A stretch of DNA of 32,000 nucleotides. Source: Promethearchaeia archaeon. Its GTDB lineage: Archaea; Asgardarchaeota; Lokiarchaeia; Sigyniarchaeales; SOKP01. The notes beneath the pieces are model-generated. The model saw only the letters and a program-made list of their open reading frames with translations, made no database searches and was not told where the DNA came from. The position numbers were made by a program, and so were the translations under genes. This document shows positions 27,079 through 32,000 of this stretch, piece by piece (position 1 is the stretch's first letter; each line of letters begins with the position of its first letter). The stretch is from contig JAWOFX010000053.1 of assembly GCA_046497275.1 (NCBI GenBank), positions 22,124 through 54,123 of the forward strand, in the 5' to 3' direction.

Positions 27079-28299
27079 TTATTCTTCAAGCATATCCTCA
27101 ATGTGGTTACCTTCTTCAAAGATAGCTTTTACTTTATTCATCATTATAGGAATATTAATTTGTTGAGGGCATTTTTCTAAGCATTCTCCACATTCAATAC
27201 AAAGAGTAGGAGCTCCTTGAGCTTCTTCGCCTGAATTTCTTCTCTCTTCTAATTCTTCTGGTGTTTTAGCGAGGCGATCATAAAATGACTTCCAACGTTC
27301 AGATTGAGGATCTCCCCAATATGCTAGTTCATTAAGTATAAGCATTATAGTAGGTATAGATACTCCTTGGGGACAAGGTATACAATATCCGCAACTTGTA
27401 CAAGGAACTACATCATATTTTTTATATGCCTTTCTTAAATCTGAAATTGTGTCTAATTCGGATTGTGTAAGATTATTAATTCCTGAGTTATTAGCAGATT
27501 TTACGTTTTCAATTACATGCTCCATTTTACTCATTCCACTAAGAACTACTGAGACTTCTGGTTGATGCCAAAGATATTGAAGTCCCCAGTCTGCCATAGT
27601 TCTTTTAATTTCAGAATGCTCTAATACCTTTTTTATCTCTGGTTTTTCTTCAAGTTTATTTTCCGGGATTGTTAGTTTTCCACCCCTTAGAGGTTCCATT
27701 ATGATAACAGCGGTATTATTTTTACCAGCATATCTTAATCCCTTCATTCCCGCTTGATAATTAATATCTAAATAATTTAATTGGATTTGGCAACAATCCC
27801 ACTCATAGTAATCCATTATTTCTTTAAAAATGTCATATGAATCATGGAAGGAAAATCCGAAATGTTTAATTTGCCCCTCATCACGGAGTCTTTCCATTTT
27901 TTCAATTAGGTTTAAATCTTTAATTTTTTCAAATCGATATTCATTAAGTCCATGAAAGAGATAAATATCAGGGTTACTTTGAAGTCTCTTTACTTGACGT
28001 TTGAAATAACGTTCGAAATGTCTTTCCTTATTAATTAACCACATAGGCAATTTAGTTGTTAACCATACCTTTTCTCTATAGCCATTTTTTAATGCCCTTC
28101 CTACTAAGGGTTCGCTATTTTGTTGGTGATAAGGAAATGCTGTATCAATATAATTTACTCCATGATCTATTGCATAATGAATCATTTCAATTGCTTCTTT
28201 TTCTTTTATTTTGTTATCTTTATCAACTGGTAAGCGCATAGCCCCAAAACCTAAAGCAGATACTTCCCACCCTAAAGAACCCATTTTTCTATATTGCAA
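27079..28299 (-). CDS. Aldo/keto reductase with C-terminal 4Fe-4S domain
   Basis: VSALGFGAMRLP, GVNYIDTAFPY, LTTK, GFSFH and IMEPLRGG motifs; CTSCGYCIPCP and CIECGECLEKCP; TTG start. Confidence 0.92.
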   Translation of the reverse strand: MQYRKMGSLGWEVSALGFGAMRLPVDKDNKIKEKEAIEMIHYAIDHGVNYIDTAFPYHQQNSEPLVGRALKNGYREKVWLTTKLPMWLINKERHFERYFKRQVKRLQSNPDIYLFHGLNEYRFEKIKDLNLIEKMERLRDEGQIKHFGFSFHDSYDIFKEIMDYYEWDCCQIQLNYLDINYQAGMKGLRYAGKNNTAVIIMEPLRGGKLTIPENKLEEKPEIKKVLEHSEIKRTMADWGLQYLWHQPEVSVVLSGMSKMEHVIENVKSANNSGINNLTQSELDTISDLRKAYKKYDVVPCTSCGYCIPCPQGVSIPTIMLILNELAYWGDPQSERWKSFYDRLAKTPEELEERRNSGEEAQGAPTLCIECGECLEKCPQQINIPIMMNKVKAIFEEGNHIEDMLEE

Positions 28300-28360
28300 T
28301 ATTTTCCTCTCTTAGAAATTCATGATACAGAATTATTTCTTCTATATGAATTAAATTGCT

Positions 28361-28380
28361 TAAAATAAAAAGTTTATACA
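28361..28380 (+). promoter_or_regulatory. Candidate BRE/TATA for proS
   Basis: A-rich run followed by TTTATACA about 100 bp upstream of the proS ATG, in a divergent intergenic region. Confidence 0.25.
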
Positions 28381-28479
28381 ATTAAAGATGATTTTTATTA
28401 TTAATTTTGCTTGTCAGAATTAGTAATAGTTGTCTAAAAAATTATTTAATTTTTGGAATATTATCTTGTATGATTATTA

Positions 28480-29955
28480 ATGTCAAAAAAGGAGAAAGCG
28501 CCTGAAACGGGAATAACCGTCTCAAAAGAAGAGGACTTTTCTGCTTGGTATACAGAACTTCTTACAAAAGCAGATCTAGCGGACATAAGGTATAATGTGA
28601 AGGGATTTGTAGTTTATAGACCATGGGCTACAATCTCTATTAGACGAATGTATAAAAAATATGAAGATATTTTAGATAAAAATGGACATCTCCCTTTAGT
28701 GATGCCTTCCTTAATTCCAGAAAGTAATTTCAAGACAGAAGCTGAACATGTAGAGGGTTTTGCGCCAGAAGTTTTTTGGGTATCCGAAGTGGGAAGTGAA
28801 GGAGAGAAGCTCTCCGAACGATTAGCTTTACGTCCAACAAGTGAAACGGCTCTTTATCCTATGTATAGTTACTGGATTCGGAGTTATAAAGATTTACCTT
28901 TTAAAAGATACCAATCATGTCAAGTTTGGCGCTATGAAGGTAAAATGACACGACCCTTTTTTAGAGGGCGTGAATTTCATTGGATTGAAGCACATAATGT
29001 ATTTGCCACAATGGAAGATGCTCAAGCACAGGTTAAAGAAGATATGCAAATGACATATCAAATGTTACAAGACGAATTTTGCATCCCGATTATTTTTTTT
29101 GAACGGCCCCAATGGGATAAATTTTCGGGTGCAGAAAAAACTTTTGCGGCAGATGCCCTCATGGGATCTGGGAAAGTTTTACAACTTCCCTCAACGCATT
29201 TACTTGGACAAAATTTCTCCAAACCTTTTAATGTCACATTTATGGACGAAGATGGGGAAGAGAAATACGGATTCCAAACGTGTTATGGTCCTGCAATCAG
29301 TAGAATTTATGGAGCAATGATCTCATATTTAGGAGATGATAAAGGATTAGTTCTTCCCTTCGATTTAGCACCAATACAGATATTAATTGTTCCGATTATA
29401 TTCACAGATAAAGAAAAAATAGTTATGGAAAAAACCCAAGAAATTTACGAGAAATTAAAAGATAAATATTACTTAAAAATTGATGATTCAGATGATTCTC
29501 CGGGTCAGAAGTTTTATTTCTGGGAAATGAAGGGTGTTCCATTCAGAATTGAAATTGGCCCAAGAGATATTAAGAAAGAGCAAGTGGTTGTTGTAAGAAG
29601 ATATGATGGGAAGAAATTTTTTATTAAAGAGAAGAACCTCGAAGAGAAATTAACCGAATTAAGTTCAAGCTACACTCAAGAGCTTTGGAAAAAGGCATTT
29701 ATTGATTTCGAAAGCGAAATTGAGGTTGCGTATGAAATTGATTCAGCGAGGGATGCAATTGAAAAGGGGAAAATTGTTGCGTGCGGATTCTGTTCGATAG
29801 ATAAGGATGGTGAGTCATGCGCTGAGGTTATTGAAAAAGATGTAGGAGCATTTGTCAGGGGAAAAAGAGTAGATGAAGAAAAACATGATTTTGCGACTTG
29901 TTTAGTCTGTGGTAAACCAGCAAGCTGTACAGTTTATTTAGCTAAAAGTTATTAA
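28480..29955 (+). CDS. proS: Proline--tRNA ligase, archaeal/eukaryotic type
   Basis: FSAWY, EAEHVEGFAPE, LRPTSET, YEGKMTRPFFRGREFHW, HLLGQNFS, anticodon domain WEMKGVPFRIEIG, and C-terminal Zn-binding C...C...CLVC...AKSY. Confidence 0.97.
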   Translation: MSKKEKAPETGITVSKEEDFSAWYTELLTKADLADIRYNVKGFVVYRPWATISIRRMYKKYEDILDKNGHLPLVMPSLIPESNFKTEAEHVEGFAPEVFWVSEVGSEGEKLSERLALRPTSETALYPMYSYWIRSYKDLPFKRYQSCQVWRYEGKMTRPFFRGREFHWIEAHNVFATMEDAQAQVKEDMQMTYQMLQDEFCIPIIFFERPQWDKFSGAEKTFAADALMGSGKVLQLPSTHLLGQNFSKPFNVTFMDEDGEEKYGFQTCYGPAISRIYGAMISYLGDDKGLVLPFDLAPIQILIVPIIFTDKEKIVMEKTQEIYEKLKDKYYLKIDDSDDSPGQKFYFWEMKGVPFRIEIGPRDIKKEQVVVVRRYDGKKFFIKEKNLEEKLTELSSSYTQELWKKAFIDFESEIEVAYEIDSARDAIEKGKIVACGFCSIDKDGESCAEVIEKDVGAFVRGKRVDEEKHDFATCLVCGKPASCTVYLAKSY

Positions 29956-29983
29956 ATAATTATGACTATTTTTAGTTTTTATT

Positions 29984-30142
29984 ATGGAAAAAGAAGTAGA
30001 AAACCGTCTGCATAGAGTAAAAATTGCATTAAATACGAATAATATTAGATGTCCTTATTCTAATAGTTGTAGTAAAAAATCTGAAGGAGGAAGATGCAAT
30101 ATTTATTATAAGAAATGTTCATTATTCAAAGAAAAAGACTAA
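29984..30142 (+). CDS. Unannotated 52-aa four-Cys small protein
   Basis: My translation: MEKEVENRLHRVKIALNTNNIRCPYSNSCSKKSEGGRCNIYYKKCSLFKEKD*. It fills an otherwise empty gap and is shorter than anything in the ORF track (about 60 aa minimum). Confidence 0.65.
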   Translation: MEKEVENRLHRVKIALNTNNIRCPYSNSCSKKSEGGRCNIYYKKCSLFKEKD

Positions 30143-30261
30143 TTCATTCCTATTCCATAAAAATTTTTAAGATAAATTTAAGATAATTATCCAAAAAACA
30201 ATAGTTTAAATCTAAAAAGATTAAAAATAAAATAAGCATTAAATTTTCATTAAAGAATAGC

Positions 30262-31056
30262 ATGAATACTCAAAAAGTTAAAGAGACCATCAAATCGTAT
30301 CTTGGTTTAATTTTAATTATTTTTATTATCTTATTCTTTATTATTATTGGATTAATGGGGATTAATTTCGGTCAATTATTGGGTAATTTAGTTATTAATT
30401 TTTATAATCTTTCTGGTGAATTTGGAATATATTTTGGAGTGTTTCTTATTAGTATTTTTGGAAATTTCACCATAATCTTTCCCGTTCCGTATGTGGTTGC
30501 TCTTATAGTCATTTCTGCTTTTATCGGCTTCCCGGGAGTAAATCCTATTTTAATGGGGATCGTGGGAGGATTTGGAGCCAGTATAGGGGAAGTGTCAGCA
30601 TGGTTAATAGGAAAAGGGTCTCAAAATGCTTTAAAAGATAGTGAAAAAATGAATAGGATGAAAACCTATGTAGAAAAAGGCTGGGCTCCCTTTTTGATAT
30701 TTATATTTGCCGCAACACCTCTCCCGGATGATGCATTTCTGATAGTTTTAGGTCTCGCGAGCTATAGTATAATAAAAACACTTGGATATTGTTTTATCGG
30801 AAAATTTGTTTTATGTTTTTTGTGCTCTGCATTACCAATCTGGTTAGCAGATACACAATTGGGTGACTTCTTATTTGGATTATTTGGAATAAACTTAGAA
30901 GCTGCTGATCCAGGAGTTATTCCGCCAAGTACACCAATAGAAATCCTAACCAGTACGATAATTTGGATCCTCACAATCCTAATTATATTTTTACTCGTAT
31001 ATGTCGATTGGGGAAAAGTATTGAATAAAATTATGAGAACCGAAAAAAATGAATGA
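30262..31056 (+). CDS. DedA/VTT (SNARE-associated Golgi protein) family membrane protein
   Basis: FGNFTIIFPVP, GFGASIGEVSAWLIG, FAATPLPDDAF and GKF motifs. Confidence 0.85.
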   Translation: MNTQKVKETIKSYLGLILIIFIILFFIIIGLMGINFGQLLGNLVINFYNLSGEFGIYFGVFLISIFGNFTIIFPVPYVVALIVISAFIGFPGVNPILMGIVGGFGASIGEVSAWLIGKGSQNALKDSEKMNRMKTYVEKGWAPFLIFIFAATPLPDDAFLIVLGLASYSIIKTLGYCFIGKFVLCFLCSALPIWLADTQLGDFLFGLFGINLEAADPGVIPPSTPIEILTSTIIWILTILIIFLLVYVDWGKVLNKIMRTEKNE

Positions 31057-31954
31057 TTCCTTTATATATAGCATATCAGACGATTTAGATGATGTGTATT
31101 TTTTAGAGGGTGAATTAAATGGTAAATATCCATATTCCCATTCTATATTGATAAAAGATGTGTTGATCGACACGGGCATCTCAACGAGATTTTTAAGAAA
31201 ACTGAAGAGACAAATAAAAATTAACAAAATAATACTCTCTCATTGGCATGAAGATCATATAAGTGGGAATAGAATTTTCCCAGAAGTTCCTTTTCTTTGT
31301 CACCCTCTTGATAAAGTTATTATAGAAGATATCTCTAAAATGAAAAAATATTATGATTTAATCGGAACCTCTTTTGAGGAAGAATTTGAAGATTTGATGA
31401 AATCTTTCAGATTAAAGAATGTCTCTGTATCTAAAGATCTAAAAAATGGGGAGATATTAAATCTAGGAAATGGATATGAATTAGAAATAATTCATACACC
31501 TGGACATACGGCCGGCCACTGTTGCTTTTATGAACCAAATTATAAATTTGCTTTTTTAGCGGATATTGATCTTTCAAGTTTCCCGTTTTATGGAGGAGTT
31601 GATTCAAATCTTATTGAGTTTGAAAATTCAATTCAAAAAATCAAAGGATATGATATCAATATTGCCATTTCAGCACATAAAGGTATTATCAAAGGAAAAA
31701 AGAACATCTTACAAGGAATTGAACAATTTGAACATACAATTACATCTAGAGATAAAACTATTTTAAACAATTTAATGGAGAGACAACCTATTAATAGTGA
31801 GGATCTAGTGGGAAAAAACCTCATTTACAAAAAATATTCAGATTTTAAGGAATATGAATTAATCGCAGAAAGAATTATGATTGAAAAGCACTTTCAAAAA
31901 TTTATGGAACAAAATATAATTGAAAAAAAAGAGGCAGGTTATATTCTAATTTGA
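31049..31954 (+). CDS. MBL-fold metallo-hydrolase
   Basis: IDTG, SHWHEDHISG, HTPGHTAGH, ADID and SAH metal ligands; 8-bp overlap with the DedA gene. Confidence 0.92.
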   Translation: MNDSFIYSISDDLDDVYFLEGELNGKYPYSHSILIKDVLIDTGISTRFLRKLKRQIKINKIILSHWHEDHISGNRIFPEVPFLCHPLDKVIIEDISKMKKYYDLIGTSFEEEFEDLMKSFRLKNVSVSKDLKNGEILNLGNGYELEIIHTPGHTAGHCCFYEPNYKFAFLADIDLSSFPFYGGVDSNLIEFENSIQKIKGYDINIAISAHKGIIKGKKNILQGIEQFEHTITSRDKTILNNLMERQPINSEDLVGKNLIYKKYSDFKEYELIAERIMIEKHFQKFMEQNIIEKKEAGYILI

Positions 31955-32000
31955 ATTAAGGAATTTTAAAGGGATTATAATAAAAAAAAGAGATAAAAAT

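Noticed and set aside
2522-31824. Short ORFs in the track lying antisense to or inside longer genes (for example 2522-2803, 3017-3229, 4125-4352, 11657-12040, 12647-12964, 15634-15966, 17198-17542, 23760-24029, 25664-25930, 29099-29320, 30991-31227, 31566-31766)
   Set aside because: Each overlaps a well-supported gene in another frame or strand and has shadow-ORF composition (Ser/Phe/Ile-rich) with no motifs.
1-32000. CRISPR arrays, tRNA/rRNA genes, IS elements, integrases, Sec/Pyl read-through
   Set aside because: I saw no regularly spaced repeats, GC-rich structured RNA blocks, transposase or integrase motifs, or genes split by an in-frame TGA/TAG. This was by eye; tRNAscan/Infernal were not run.

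Overview
AT-rich, gene-dense chromosomal window that reads as an Asgard archaeon, most likely Lokiarchaeia. The evidence is a two-domain gelsolin, a stand-alone longin-like protein, an EMC3/TMCO1-type insertase, archaeal TFB and an archaeal/eukaryotic-type ProRS. I saw no rRNA, tRNA, CRISPR array or mobile element. Routine content: class I/II aminotransferase, heterodimeric ABC exporter, radical SAM enzyme, three-gene GlpA-like flavoprotein operon, D-2-hydroxyacid dehydrogenase plus LarA, nitronate monooxygenase-family enzyme, aldo/keto reductase, DedA/VTT protein and MBL hydrolase. Main highlights: (1) a 778-aa compact EF-G-like translational GTPase fused to a YqgF/RuvX-type RNase H-fold domain with its acidic catalytic residues intact, head-to-head with a heliorhodopsin; (2) one distinctive Zn-ribbon module (EGRRVCPxCG...DKS...YxKK..CxxCGxE) found on the gelsolin and on a small coiled-coil protein about 9 kb away; (3) a 52-aa four-Cys ORF missing from the supplied track. 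All family calls come from motif reading and recall; no database searches were run.
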